In this document: in pieces, positions 25,439 through 38,782 of the stretch
Layout of the letters: each line of letters starts with the position of its first letter
Position numbering within the stretch: the first letter of the stretch is position 1
Origin: Tubulanus polymorphus
Taxonomy: Eukaryota; Animalia; Nemertea
Reading direction: 5' to 3'
Assembly: GCF_964204645.1 (NCBI RefSeq)
Contig: NC_134027.1
Coordinates: 8,836,485 to 8,900,484, forward strand
DNA length: 64,000 nt
The notes under the pieces: generated by a model
The model's database searches: none
Told to the model about the DNA's origin: nothing
Seen by the model: the letters and a program-made list of their open reading frames with translations, nothing else
Program-made: the position numbers and the translations under genes

Positions 25439-27263
25439 AAATACATACTCCTACATAAGGAGTATTTTCTAATTGTTTTTTCTGTAAACTACAATGAGAC
25501 CAACTAATCAGCGAAAGATCCACGAGAATCTATCACGATGCCTCTGCGCCCGTACCACTATACGACTTCTAATTAGACCGAATGTTGATTCGATGCATAA
25601 ATCATAAATCATGTCTGCACGATGAATATTGCTTTCATATGAAAGAAAATGGAATACGTATATTTGACAGAAAAATTCGACGGGAATTTTGAGAACAAGA
25701 AATCATTAACTGCAAATAAACTTATCGGTTTCTTCTCCATTGAAGTGAAACTCTAAAGACATATACAAGATAAATTTAATGATGTTAAATTCCCACAGCT
25801 ACTTGACATACCGTACATCAAAATACATAAAAACCGATTCATCGCGTTTATCGTTGTACGTTATCATTTCAATTTCGCCATAAACACATATTGACTTTAT
25901 TTGAATATGCTGATGATAATCAGTAACATACTTCGGTGTCCAATATTTGTTCTTGCCGCCGCCTCGTCGCATTTGGATTCGCATATTCAACTATACTGTG
26001 TCATCTGTCGCCACATATAATGTATATCGTTTACTGGGAATTTATGCATTTCCAATTACCTGATATGCTTTATGTATCTAAATTACAAATTTCTGCTGCA
26101 TAGATAACCATAGTTTGATGCAGTTCATAAAATACCAAACATTTTACTATCATCGTTACATAGCAAAGTTCGCATTTGATTTAAAATCGGATATTCAATG
26201 TACATGTACATGTATAAACTACTGCTAATGAATCGAGCCACCTTTGAGCCTTTATATCATCATCAACTGATGATACCGACATTATCTTGAATGAAAAACA
26301 AATTTCTGAACCATCTTTTTGCATTCATGCTTCTTCAAGAGATTGCACTTTTCCTATGACATCCCCCAATTCAGATTAACTTAGTGATGAATACTATTTT
26401 GTAATAGAGTGTGTGTTTTCTAAGATCTAAGAATACGGTAACAATTTGTAAAATTCCCAAATTGAAAAAGAGTTTGTAAGTTTTAGTCCACAAGACCAAA
26501 AGAGGAAGTTAGCAGTATTTACACGAAGACACATAGCCTCATGTAGCGATGTAGCATATAACACTGTATATCTATATTCTTGTTTACTGATATCTACTCA
26601 TTCTATGATATCTGAAGTGTGAATTGTTCATATTTTTGTATCATGTGTGCTCGAGAAAATTGTAACATCTCTGGAGCAATAAATTGATATCTCGACCTGA
26701 ATCTTCAAATTGATATCGCTTTGTTGTGGGCGAACTGGCTGTGACTGCCAAAAGTCTATACTACATCCCAATTAGAGGAGAGGTTCTTTACAGCGTCTGT
26801 GACAACCCAAGAGACAATCTAATCAGTACAGAGATGACCGCGGGATATTTTTTTCCTTGCCAAACGGATAAAAAGCGCTGGGTATCATGTAACAGAAGCG
26901 AGTAGGTGTTGTATTGCGAGGAAATTAGGAATTAGAGTAAACCAAGTATTGGAACGTAATCACTTATAAGCCGAGCGATCGCATGGAGACGATTTGGCCC
27001 GGGTCATGTAGCCTGAAATGCTACAGGTTCTGGAGGTGGCCCACTATCATAGCGTGCATCGACTGCAAGCTGTCTATTCTATACAAATATTGTATTACGT
27101 AATTGATGAAAAATGAGCTCATGACTGCGACTTTATATATCATTTTCATATTCTTATAGGGATCTATTCAAATTTATTTTCGTATTTGAAAAAATTATGT
27201 CTTGGATGTCGTGGGGTTATAAGTTAAGATCCGCAACACACCCAATCCAGTCGTTTGCCGTTG

Positions 27264-27511
27264 CAGACTGGTTGGAAGATTGTTTGAACGAACCGGATCC
27301 GAAATTTCCAATCATGTATATACTTCGATTTAAACAAAAAATTCTGTAAATATGACCGCCGATCACACAATTATATTATCTGTGTTTCAAAGTCGAACCC
27401 CCTGTTTTGATCTCGGCGGGCGTGTTGGGTTTGCAAGGGACACCAAATCAAAACAAACTAAACGAAATCTACCGATCAAACAAATAACAGGGACAACCCC
27501 TGCTATAAGAT
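27264..27511 (+). repeat. Interspersed repeat family B, copy 2
   Basis: Diverged, same-orientation copy of 1812-2049. Confidence 0.8.
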
Positions 27512-29977
27512 GAAGAAAAAGATGGACAGCACATGAACACACATATATACACGCAAATCTAGAGCTGTAGCATCTATACGAACAATTGTTTCGTAATTTC
27601 TTGTTTATCTGTTTTTACAAACAGCCCGGGGAATGTGTACATCAATTATCGGTTTCTGTTTTTAGAACTGATGGCCAGATGTCTTAATCATCGTTTCGCC
27701 GTTTACAGTTTTCACGTTCGAGCACCTGTCTTAACAGTCACGGTTCGAGGTGTAAAATGCAACACCTGAATAGAATAGACTTATAATAGACTCAGAAAAT
27801 GAACTAGACTCTTCCAGACGATTTCATCTTCAGCGTGCCATAACATTTTCACCGGATGCTATTAAAAATGAAAAGAACCTTTCTGACCCTACCGGCAACG
27901 TCTCTCATCGCGTTTTCAGTCTATTTCGTTGACTCAGATCAGACTGATGTTGTTTGTTGCAGCTTGTTGCTATAAGCACTGTTTCCGTCGGGAAATTATG
28001 GTCTACCACCGGAGGTTCTGCGTGATCGATTAGGATTGTGTAGTAGGGGGCATTGAAAAGAATTGTGAAAGATATATTCGAGGCAAATATACTGATGGGA
28101 ATTCTCCTCACACACATGAACAAAAATGATTTCGAGAAAATTTGAACGTAACAAATTTGATGAAGGGGTCTTTCCAAATCAAAGATGATCATGTTATTTG
28201 TCATTTGATCATGTGATGTCAACGTTTATCAAACCCTTCGATTGCGAATGCCAGTTTCTGCGAAGGGACGTCGCTCCCAGCCGCAACCGACCGACGCACG
28301 CGCTCTATGCGACTTGGAGCGTCATCATTTTTTGAAGGCTTCATCAAAGTTTTTTATCGGGAATCTTATCTCGCCCATTTGTGTTCATACTACGACCATT
28401 AAAACCAGCATTTTAGCTATACTTCTCAACTGTACTTCTCACTAGCCTATCAATAATGGAATGCAACCGACCGGTGGGGATAGCAATTGCCTAAGAGAGC
28501 AAGTTTTAATGGTCGTTCTGAGTGTTTAGAAAAACACTTCCCTAATCACCAGGGATCCGAAACTTTCTATCTTGACGTTTTTGGTGCCATTCTAAGTAAT
28601 CGCGTAACAACCAGAGGCCAGCTTTTCGGCAACTGGCCCCTGAATCGTAGATCGTCGCTTCGATCTACGTACGCTCTCTTACAGCTGGCGGAAACTGTTG
28701 CACACCGTCGTTGACAATAATCAATGATTTTTGCGGTCATGTTAAGACCCAAATGAGGTACGTACCCCAAAAAGAAAATAATAAAATATCCCAGAAAAAC
28801 AGTAAACAGGTCTCATTCATTAAATAAGTGGACTACAGTTATGCCGAAGAGGAAGAAGAACTAGAAGAAGGGTAGAGTCAGAAAGTGTTATTCGGTGTCC
28901 GATACCATTTTGCATGAGTGCTAACGTGGTCGCAAACCCTCATGACGGCACGCAACTTTCATTTACCAAGTCCTGGTAGGAAGTGTTGACGTCATACAAC
29001 AACATGAAGATGCAGCGGGAAATGTTACGTTATGGTAGTGTTATCAATGTTAAGCCTATATGAATTTCATTAATATTCATTTGCTACTTAGAACAGATTT
29101 TTTAATAGGAAACATATCTGAAGACAGGCGCTCCGATCGGTTTCATAGTAGTCTCGTTTGATTACAGTATACTCTTAGATAATAGGATAGCGAAGGTATC
29201 GTCAAGATGCTCTAGAATTCTCGCACTCGGGGAAGATCTTGTTAGACGTCTCTTGTAGGCTCGTCTTCGATGTTTTATTACGCGTTGTCGTTTCGTTAAA
29301 GAGGACCGCATTTAATCTTGAGTAGATCATCATCAAATTCTCATCCGAACCGAGTTTCCTCCTTGATGGCGAATCTGGTTTGCGACTTCATCGTGTGATG
29401 GTATACGGCCTGGTTTTTATTGCACTATGATGACGAGCTCGCTATGTGGCATACACGAAAATAGAACCGCTTATCGCATCGGTATCTACGTAATACGCAC
29501 AGTAATCTAGCAGGAGGCAGATGGCACCAGTGTCACCACTGTTGGTGAAGTGCAACAGACCATGGGATAGTATAACGAGATATTATGAGATTATCCATGT
29601 AGTCCTGATTATCTAACAAGTATGTCAAATAATATCTTCAACTATGCTTGAATTTCTAAGCAGTTGATTTCCAAGTATTTTCACAAAATTCAACGACATT
29701 CAACAGAAAATGACTCGGATGACTCGGCTTTGTTCGCATTTTTAGAAACGACTAAAATGTAGAAAAATAGGACTAGTGCACTCTAACGATTTTTAAAAGA
29801 CAAAAGCATTACACAATACTACTGATGCAAATTAAAAGATGTTACCATGTTTCACTATCGTCACCAAAAAATGTATTGTTGGAAAAAAGATACCATAGAA
29901 TATGTGATAGAATCCCAAAGTTGGTGTATTGCATATTCATTTTCTTACAGTGATTGTTGTTTTAAGCTTAATCATTA

Positions 29978-30173
29978 TAGTGGGGTGGCTTAGCTTTTTT
30001 ATTATTACTGGGTGGACAAAATCACGAAAATTGGCCCAGATGTTCATACAAACTTAACAATCAATTTTAGAAGGGGAGCCAGCTTGGATCTCTATGGCAA
30101 TTATGGCCAATTTTCGTGATTTTGTCCGCCCGGTAACAATATGACTCAAAATTGTCGATAAGCCACCCTACTA
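29978..30173. mobile_element. MITE with nested inverted repeats
   Basis: Outer pair TAGTGGGGTGGCTTA / TAAGCCACCCTACTA. Inner pair TACTGGGTGGACAAAATCACGAAAATTGGCC / GGCCAATTTTCGTGATTTTGTCCGCCCGGTA. Confidence 0.75.
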
Positions 30174-33100
30174 TTAATATTAGTGTAAGTCGGATCTTTT
30201 GAGACAAAGAAAAAACCCCCGACTTAGAAAAAGTACAGCTGAATAAGTCGCCGTTTTTCGGTGAGTGAGTTGAACTGATTTTTCATTTTGGAACCAATAA
30301 AAGTACTACGAGATAGATGAGATTTCGACTTAGAAAATCAGACTTTGGAATATAATTTTTTTTTTTTTGAAAAAAAGAATGGAAAAGTTGGGACCATCAA
30401 TATCCATTTGATATAAGCGATTATCCGACTTTCACCCATCTGACGCACGCGAGGTTAACTGTTTTTTGTTTATTGCGGTAACATCAATCGTGGGTGACAT
30501 CAGTAATGCCGTCGTACCATGTGTCTCCGTCATATTCGTCATATACATAAGAGCGTGGGCGCGATGATCATTTCACTACTACAAAAAATCACTTAACTAT
30601 TCAACGCCAAACACCTGACATTCATTCTGGATTTGAAAGTGAAACAGCTGATTTTGTTGATAGAACCGAGATCAAAGCAAGTACTTAATGTTTGCGGTTT
30701 AGTAAAAGTGGGAAAAGTAACCTTAAAACAACACAACTGTCGTGGTAATTCGATAGCGTCTTGATACGTTACCCTTGGGTTGCGTTCAGAAAAAATCTTT
30801 TGACGGCCAATCTTTGGTTGTTCTGGTCCCTTCTCGAGAGAAACAGTTCACATCAAGAATGTCCTCTCCCTGTATCAAGATTGCAGAAAATACGTCAGTT
30901 TTTTCGTGAACAAACACTTACAGACTAATCATTACCATAGTTAAATATTAGAATTACGAACCATCTGCCATTCATTGAATGATAAGTATGTATTTTGCAA
31001 AAAAACATTCATATTTTTTCTGATTGCGTTTATAAACTCGCCGTAAAAGTCCTACAAGAAGAATATCTATTTGGTGAATTTTGCCATTTTGATTTTTAAG
31101 TATCAATAAGCCTTTCGATTCATCAGGGTCCTTGGCCGACGTACGTGCCCCAAGCTCCAGCTCCTTCCGACCATCGTTGATACGGACAAATATAGATTCA
31201 CGATACAAGCATCTTTGTGTCTGGCATCTTGTAGAAAAAAAGATTCTATCCGATTCTAACAGATTTCATCGGAGATAGAAATGAAGAGTTCCTTGAACAG
31301 AGATTTACTCTAAACTCGGCACGACTTGCCGACAAACACGAACGCTCGCTACGTGCAGCCGAGGAATCGGTTTACGCCAGCAATTTGAACCATTCCTGCA
31401 AAACTACGGGGTCTAAAACGTCAGCGTATGTGAGTTTTTCGATTCATTTAAAGGGGTTGTGTGTAAAGCGAACATACGTATTGGAATTGGTAACGATGCC
31501 CATTACCTATAAAGAACACACATAATTTCGTCTCCTTACGTTAATTAATCACTGTCGAAATCTATCCATGAAACTTTATCAATTTCCGAAGCTGCCATCC
31601 AACATTTCAGAAAACCTAATTACTATTGAGATAAAACACGTGCCGTTTCAAGAAAAAAATCATTTAATTGTTGACATCGACAGAAAAGGTTACCAAAAAT
31701 AAACATGGATTCTTAGGCTAAAAAATGTATACCTTGTTTATCATTTCTACTAGAAAAATGAATGCATTGTTTCCTATTTCTACTTAGCTCAAAACTTGAC
31801 CCGCCGCCTATATACCCTATACATTACATTGCTTTTTATAAAATCATGATCAACCTGATAATAACAGACCCGGTAAATTTTTTGACGGTTTACAAAATGA
31901 CGGCCGATTAGGGGATAGCAGGTATCATTTTGATTTTTGCCTTACATGTGTTTGATAGACACATCCAACATCTTTTTCTGAGAGTGAGGATATTTTTTTT
32001 GAACTCATGCCAGTTTTTCAATCCAATTCTTAATAAATTTGGCGGAATCGATCTCACGACGCGTGAAAACGGATGATTTATCGATATATTTCACCGATTT
32101 CGTATCATAGAATTCTACCTTATTGAATCGGAACGCGACCGCAAAGGAAATTATCTGTCAAACCTATTCTGACAATTTCACTTCAAACTTATGAATGCAG
32201 TTCGAGAAGGCGATTTATCAATATATCATCAGTACGACTTAAAGTCTAATGTCGTTTTCGCCGATTTGCACGGGTTTCTCGGATTCATCATTGAATATCG
32301 CTTGACATTTTCGACAGCGGTTTTACGATTATATTTACTTTTGGATAATCGGGCACGAAATGATCGATCGGCAAAAGGTTTCAATGTTATCAATGTTAAA
32401 ACATTTATTAATATGAATTACTGGTGACGAAGAGCGTACTGTCGGCTGAAACGTTCGCTCGCTAGTGCTCGCGTAGCCACGGCAGCCACAGCCTCAGCGC
32501 AGAGGCAGACGGACGAGCTCGTCTTACTCGGAGCAGGCTGACGAAATCAATCTGGCCCGAGAACGTCAGAATCTGGTTCCGCTACGATGCACGTGTGAAA
32601 TGAAACATCTTTGCCAATTTTTTTACTTGATACTGAGAAAGTATTGGTGATTAGTTTTCTGCGCTGGAGTTCACTCACGTAATCTTTCCCTTTATTGGAT
32701 GCGCCGCTCTCATTTACAGGAGGTAAGCATAATTTATCTACCGCAATGTTTTTAGGAGCTTTTTTGTGAACCTAAAATCGGCCGAATGGTCGTTTTTGGA
32801 CGGTATAGGTAAAGCCATTTCAAGGAAACGACCATAATTTCGATTTTCACTACAGACTTTTTAATACAACCTCGATAGGGTAAAAACGTTTAATCTTTAT
32901 GTGTAATTATAAGCAATTCGTATTCTGTACTGAACGTCAATAGTTCTGAACCTGATTTGGAAATGACGGAGAAAAGGCGTTGCATTGAACATGTACGGAC
33001 TTATCCGAAATGGTCAATGCATTCGATATGGACTGGACACATTTTTCCCGCCTACTCAACTATCGGTAAACTTTATCAAACCGTATGGCTTATTATTACC

Positions 33101-36100
33101 ACAGCATGGCACTGTACTGACCCCATTTTACTTCCGAAAAAAACTCGATATAAGTGATTATTAATTTATCGTAGCAAACCCTCAAGATGAATACAAAGTC
33201 AAGTGCTTCCTGTGAATGGGTTCTTAAATATAGATAAACGTTGAAATTTGTTCAATAGATAGGTTATCGGTTTTTAGCTTTTTTTATACATGGTAAAGGT
33301 TCAGTTCAGTTGACGACGAATCCCTGCTTTTTCTGGAGACGAAAACTGTCGACTATTGCTTGAAATCTCCGACGACTACGTAGACAAAAGACTCCAGTGG
33401 CTTGTCAGCTACTGCTAAACCCGGGTACTGACTTCGCGCCCTAAACCCGTCAAAACCTATATTCGCGTTAAAAGACGCACTGCGAATATCCCGCTGCTCC
33501 GGGAGGAGAATCCCATTACACACTTCAAATACATGAAATGCGTTACGTATTTTTCTGTTGTGCCGGCTCATTTTATATGTTTCATCATGTCAGACTCATT
33601 CCGCGTGCGCGTTGAGCATTTTTTTCATCACATACGTCTCCGTGGAGAACTATAATACTGCTAAAATGACGCGACGACGACCAAACTACAGGATGGCGTT
33701 TTTAACATGCTTTAATAAGCGTTGTCGCCACATCTGCAATAATGACTTCGCTATTACGACTGTTCCAAGGTGACTAAACGGATTAGTTCATCGCAATGGA
33801 ATTATAGCCCCGGGAAGACTGACGCTACCAATTAAAACCCTATAAACGAAACATCAGTACGTGCGCTAGGTGACGTAAATGCCAAAAGTGATATAAAGAT
33901 CGCGATTCTAGATTTGGATGAATATCATATCAGCAAGAAATTTTCAGGTTTCGAATAAATCTTACTGGCTTCTTAACCAACGCGACCATTCCTACGATGA
34001 AGATGTATAGCTGCGTAACACTCATCGAGAAAATTGCACAAAACCCCGTGAATTAATTCAGATTAGTGACTAATTCTACATTCATAAATCTATATTAATT
34101 GATTTTCCGCGGCGATCGATTGGAAATCATTTTCGAACTATGCCACAAATTGTCCCGTTTGATGAACGGTAATCGGTGTTCTGCACGTCATCGGTAATGG
34201 AAAGACATTGTGATCGTATAAAACTACAATCTTGATTCGAGGCGATACAGTAATCAAAATTCTATATTGAAATCGATTTTCACTCGAAAATGAACCCTTT
34301 GTGTGTAAAGCACTGATGATTTCAAACCGTACTCCATAGATTAGAACCGATGATGTTTGCTGCTATAAAAAAATGTTTTTATTGCGCTATCCAATCCTGG
34401 ATAATGCAACACGATCGTTAGGTATCCTAACGATACAAATTGAAATAGTGGATATTCTATAGTGCTCATCGATCATTTCCCATGCTCTGCTTTTTCTTAG
34501 CGCCGGGTCACTAGATAAAAAAACGAATGGAATTTTTATGACCAGATTCATCGCTGCCGATCGGAGTCGGCGGAGAAATGAGAATCATAGACAACCCCAT
34601 CGGTTAAACCCCCTTGTAAATGGATTTTCATACCTGCATCATGAAACACACTTGTTGTTAGATATATCGTTTTTATCGTAAAAAGAGCCATGATTGTGGC
34701 GGCGAGCAATGTTTTTCGCCCGTTAAGTGTTGTTTATAGATTGGAAAAGCGGCTATCGATCTCTGCTACATCATATTGATGGTCACGATTCGACTGTGAT
34801 GTATTGAACTGCGGATTGCCTTTTTCCAACTGATTACGCGCGACCTCGCATGCGATATCAAATTTAGATAGCGTTTAATTGAGACGTTTCTAGTATTTAT
34901 ATTCTTTTCGGGATGAATTATAGCCAGAACCTTGATTCAATTCGAAGTAGTGTGTGTGTTGGAGTTTATAACTTGGTGAATTACACCCGATTAGTCGTCG
35001 GTTTCAGCCAGGACAGGCTGAAGTACGACTTATCCAATGCCAAACGAAGTCCTAATCTTTAACGACCGGTAAATTTAACTATCGGCAATCGAATAAAACC
35101 GATCACCATTTTTTCCTCTAAAGATGATGATCAAACTGCAACCATTGAGATGTAAATATAGCTCTAACGTCTTCAGCAGACTGCCATCTGGTAAATTTAT
35201 GTGAAATTATATTTCCCATCAGACCAGTTTGCCCAACTGTGACGAGTAATAAATAAATACAATACAATCTAACAACGCTTTATGATCGCTCCATTGTCCA
35301 CGCAACATTTCAACAGGCCGTTTGTAGGCAGCCAATCGTTTATTTTTTGTTATATTAACCAAATCGAACCTCATAATGCTGTTATCCATGAGCAGTTTTA
35401 CTAATTTGTAGATAAAATGATATTCGTTCCGTAAACTGGACTATCGATTACATCGACAGAAGTCAGTGTTTCTCACGCCTGCTATTAATGGAATTTGCAT
35501 GTATATCGGTGCCGGGCGGATACATTTGAGACATTCCAGATAAAGGTGCAAAGCAGCAGAAAATTGAGATACTTAGAGAAAACAAATAATGCATAAATCA
35601 GATTTAATTACGCGGACTTTGATGTGTAAATAAAATTTCCAGTGTACACTGAAGTAACGTGATGGCGAAAAATAGGTAGATGCTGAGCATCAAACAGAGC
35701 CAATACCCGCGGACCTGATCCGATTTAGCATCAAATGATGTCTAGATTTATGCGTCAAGACCTAAAAGAGTCTGATACATACTTAGTACCTAAGATGTCA
35801 TTTTCAACGGTTCAGAACGTATACATCATGATTGATATGAATTTATCATCTATTCTATTAATTATTCAATCAATATTTCCATTTTCAGAAAGGATTTTTG
35901 GTAGCTCCCAGTGTGCCGAGTACCTCAAAAACGAAGCGCCGTTGACGCCAATTATGATGACGCGTATCATTCGATGTCTGAAGAAGAAAGCTTGATTTCT
36001 CGGGCGGCAATGGCGCAGATGCGAATTTCCGATTCTCAATGGCTTACACGTATCATCAGTTACATGTTTGTGTCATGTTGACAGAGCTATCGATGTCGAA

Positions 36101-36250
36101 ACGGATGTGCTCTTAAGACGCGCCGTGATAAAAGCTTCCTTGTGGGCCACCATATGCCAGAGTATATAACGAATCAAGAAAATATCCACTAATCAAGACT
36201 TCGACGATTTTTCATATACGTTTATTTAGTTCTACTTTCGTGTCGACAAC

Positions 36251-37855
36251 ATGTCGAGAATGAAGCGGATAGTTTGCTCTGTGCCTAGGGCAATTAGGGC
36301 ATTAAACTGTTCACAGATTATGTGTCTAATGATGTTTTTTTGTGTCGTAATTTTGGTGTACACGCGTATAAGGATTTACAGCGACCCAAACTACTACGGA
36401 ACCGTCACCGACGACTACAACTCGGAAGACAGATACCCGATAATTCCGAAACGTTTCATGCCCATCCGTCGGGACATGTTCGAAAAGCATAAACGATCGG
36501 TACAAAAATCGCAAATCGTTAAAACCAGATCGGTGAGTGAGGTACGGGTGCCTCCTATCGGAATTGAAGATGTTCGGGACGTCGATGACCGATCTCAAGT
36601 ACAGACAACAGAGGAAACCAAAATTATTCGTACGACGACGCATCATCATATTTTGCATTCTAGCAAAGGTCCGTCCAAGCGCAATCAACTACTGAAATCC
36701 AAATTGAGAGATGCGAATATCGAAGAAATGAAAAATGAATTTGCCCTTAAAGTACGCCAACAAACGCAAGTAGAGAAACAGTTCGCCTCTGCCCCGGTCG
36801 CCATAAAACCGAAATCGACTCCATTTCGTTTCGAGCCTATGAAATATTTTAGCGTTACTGTTAATTCAAGATGCGAAAAACCGTATTTTCTCATAGTTTA
36901 TGTGCACAGCGCACCGCTGCACTATTCCCATAGAATGTACATTCGTGAAACGTGGGGCAATTCTAGCGCATATCCCGATGTGCCCATCAAAGTCGTTTTC
37001 ATGATCGGCCAGTCGCAATTACCCGGTATCAATGACGCAGTGCGACTAGAAGCCGAGCGTCACCAGGATATCGTTCTAGCAACGTACATGGACAGTTACA
37101 GAAATCTCACATACAAAGCTGTGACGTCATTAGGGTGGGTCAGCATGACTTGTAATCAGACGAAATTCGTGCTGAAGGTCGACGACGACATTTTCGTAAG
37201 TATGTACCGATTGTTGCGGCATCTGAAATATCTAGAAACCCGACATGTACACGAAGAAAACATAATCATGTGCTACCTGTGGCACCGGATGAAAGTTATC
37301 CGTCAGGTAAAAAGTAAATGGTTCGTCAAACGGTCCGAATATCCAGACGACTATTACATGCGCTATTGCGCAGGCGCGGCTTGGGTACTTACCCAGAAAA
37401 CTGTTAGTGAACTGTTCATGGCTTCGACTCGCCGTGGGTTCTTCTGGGTGGACGATGTGTATGTGACGGGCATTTTAGCGCAAGCAATTGATGCCAAATA
37501 TGAGAAACTAAACAGCGTTTTCTCTTTGGGCTTTCATAATTACTGGGAGGCAGTACGAAATAAACAAAATTCCCTTGTGATATTCGCACTGACGCCATCT
37601 TTCCGTTATTGGCCGAATCTGTGGGCTCTTATAACAGAAGAGGAAAATCGACGATTATTACGACTTCAACGAAGAATGGAAAAGATGAAACTGAAAAAAC
37701 TTTCAACCAAAAAACCACACCATCGAGCTGTTCATTTAGGACAAACTGCTAAGACGGCTAAACATTCCACAAAAAAGAATCCTAAAACAATCAAAGTTCA
37801 AAGTCCGCAGGCGGTAGAAAAAAGGCAAACTGAACATACTACTGATAAAGTATAG
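36251..37855 (+). CDS. Beta-1,3-galactosyltransferase-family (GT31) type II membrane glycosyltransferase, single coding exon
   Basis: N-terminal TM segment (IMCLMMFFCVVILVY) and a long stem. GT31 motifs LIVYVHSAP..RMYIRETWG, DSYRNLTYKA, FVLKVDDDIFV (DxD), YCAGAAWV and DDVYVTG are present. A splice acceptor at about 35889 suggests an upstream non-coding exon. Confidence 0.92.
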   Translation: MSRMKRIVCSVPRAIRALNCSQIMCLMMFFCVVILVYTRIRIYSDPNYYGTVTDDYNSEDRYPIIPKRFMPIRRDMFEKHKRSVQKSQIVKTRSVSEVRVPPIGIEDVRDVDDRSQVQTTEETKIIRTTTHHHILHSSKGPSKRNQLLKSKLRDANIEEMKNEFALKVRQQTQVEKQFASAPVAIKPKSTPFRFEPMKYFSVTVNSRCEKPYFLIVYVHSAPLHYSHRMYIRETWGNSSAYPDVPIKVVFMIGQSQLPGINDAVRLEAERHQDIVLATYMDSYRNLTYKAVTSLGWVSMTCNQTKFVLKVDDDIFVSMYRLLRHLKYLETRHVHEENIIMCYLWHRMKVIRQVKSKWFVKRSEYPDDYYMRYCAGAAWVLTQKTVSELFMASTRRGFFWVDDVYVTGILAQAIDAKYEKLNSVFSLGFHNYWEAVRNKQNSLVIFALTPSFRYWPNLWALITEEENRRLLRLQRRMEKMKLKKLSTKKPHHRAVHLGQTAKTAKHSTKKNPKTIKVQSPQAVEKRQTEHTTDKV

Positions 37856-38782
37856 AATTTCTTGAAATTTTCTGTGTTATTCATATGGTGGTCAAGAATA
37901 AATCATACGCAAAATTATACACCTGACCATAGATATCAACTGTGTTTTATGTATTTGATTGGTTAAAGTTAATTTAGCACTTACATGATGCATTCAGATT
38001 AATGAAATATTCTCTACCTGAGTCGATGAGAACCAGGACATTACACAATTTCAATGTTAATTTCTTTGAATATTTGCGTAAAAAAACTCCTGTATTCTAA
38101 GAAAAAACCATGATTGCTCATTACGAATAAATCGCGGCCAGCCAAAATATAGGCCTATTGATTATATGTATTGCAGTTTGTTTTGGGACCAGACATATAT
38201 ATGGAATGCTAATTGATGAGATAATAAAGTATTTTAAAGAATTGATACAGTAGTGTATTCCATCATTTAGACACGACATTCGAAACGACCGGCGGCACCG
38301 GCGGGGCGCCGGGCCTGCTCGTACACCGGACACCGGAGTGAAGCAAAAATTCCGACTCTGTAAGAGAAGACACAACGAAGACTGTGTGGGGCCCTTTTTA
38401 AGAAAAAATTAAATTCATCAAAAGGGTGATTGAAACTCCCAAATACGCCGGGTGGGCCGGGGACCGACTGTGATGCTGACGCCGGGGGCCGCGGGGCACA
38501 GCCGTGGTTGGTCCTGTCGTAATCTGACGTACAGTTGGAAATTATCTAGGTATTTAGAAAAGAAATATCTGTAATAAGTCTTATTTATTTAAGTACTACA
38601 GTTGCGGATGGAAAGCGTTACGGAGTCCAGGTGATCCCGTCCGGTTCAGTTTATGAGTCCGTTTTCGTATCCTTATTATAGCTTATTTGCTAGTTCAATC
38701 CGGTCCATTAGTCCAAATATCAATTCAAATATCAATGAAATTTATATTTTAGCAATTTCCGTATAAACGAATAAAGATAAAA

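Noticed and set aside
24718-25458. 242-aa poly-RE and 179-aa poly-LP ORFs
   Set aside because: They are translation artefacts of the (CCCTCT)n microsatellite, with no splice or homology support.
31111-31131. Minus-strand CTGATGA-ATC-GAAA hammerhead-like core
   Set aside because: There is no room for stem II and no stem I or III pairing.
38280-38530. GC-rich patch upstream of VPS9D1 as an ncRNA or CpG-island gene
   Set aside because: No recognisable RNA family. It is more likely a degenerate MITE, and its termini could not be defined.
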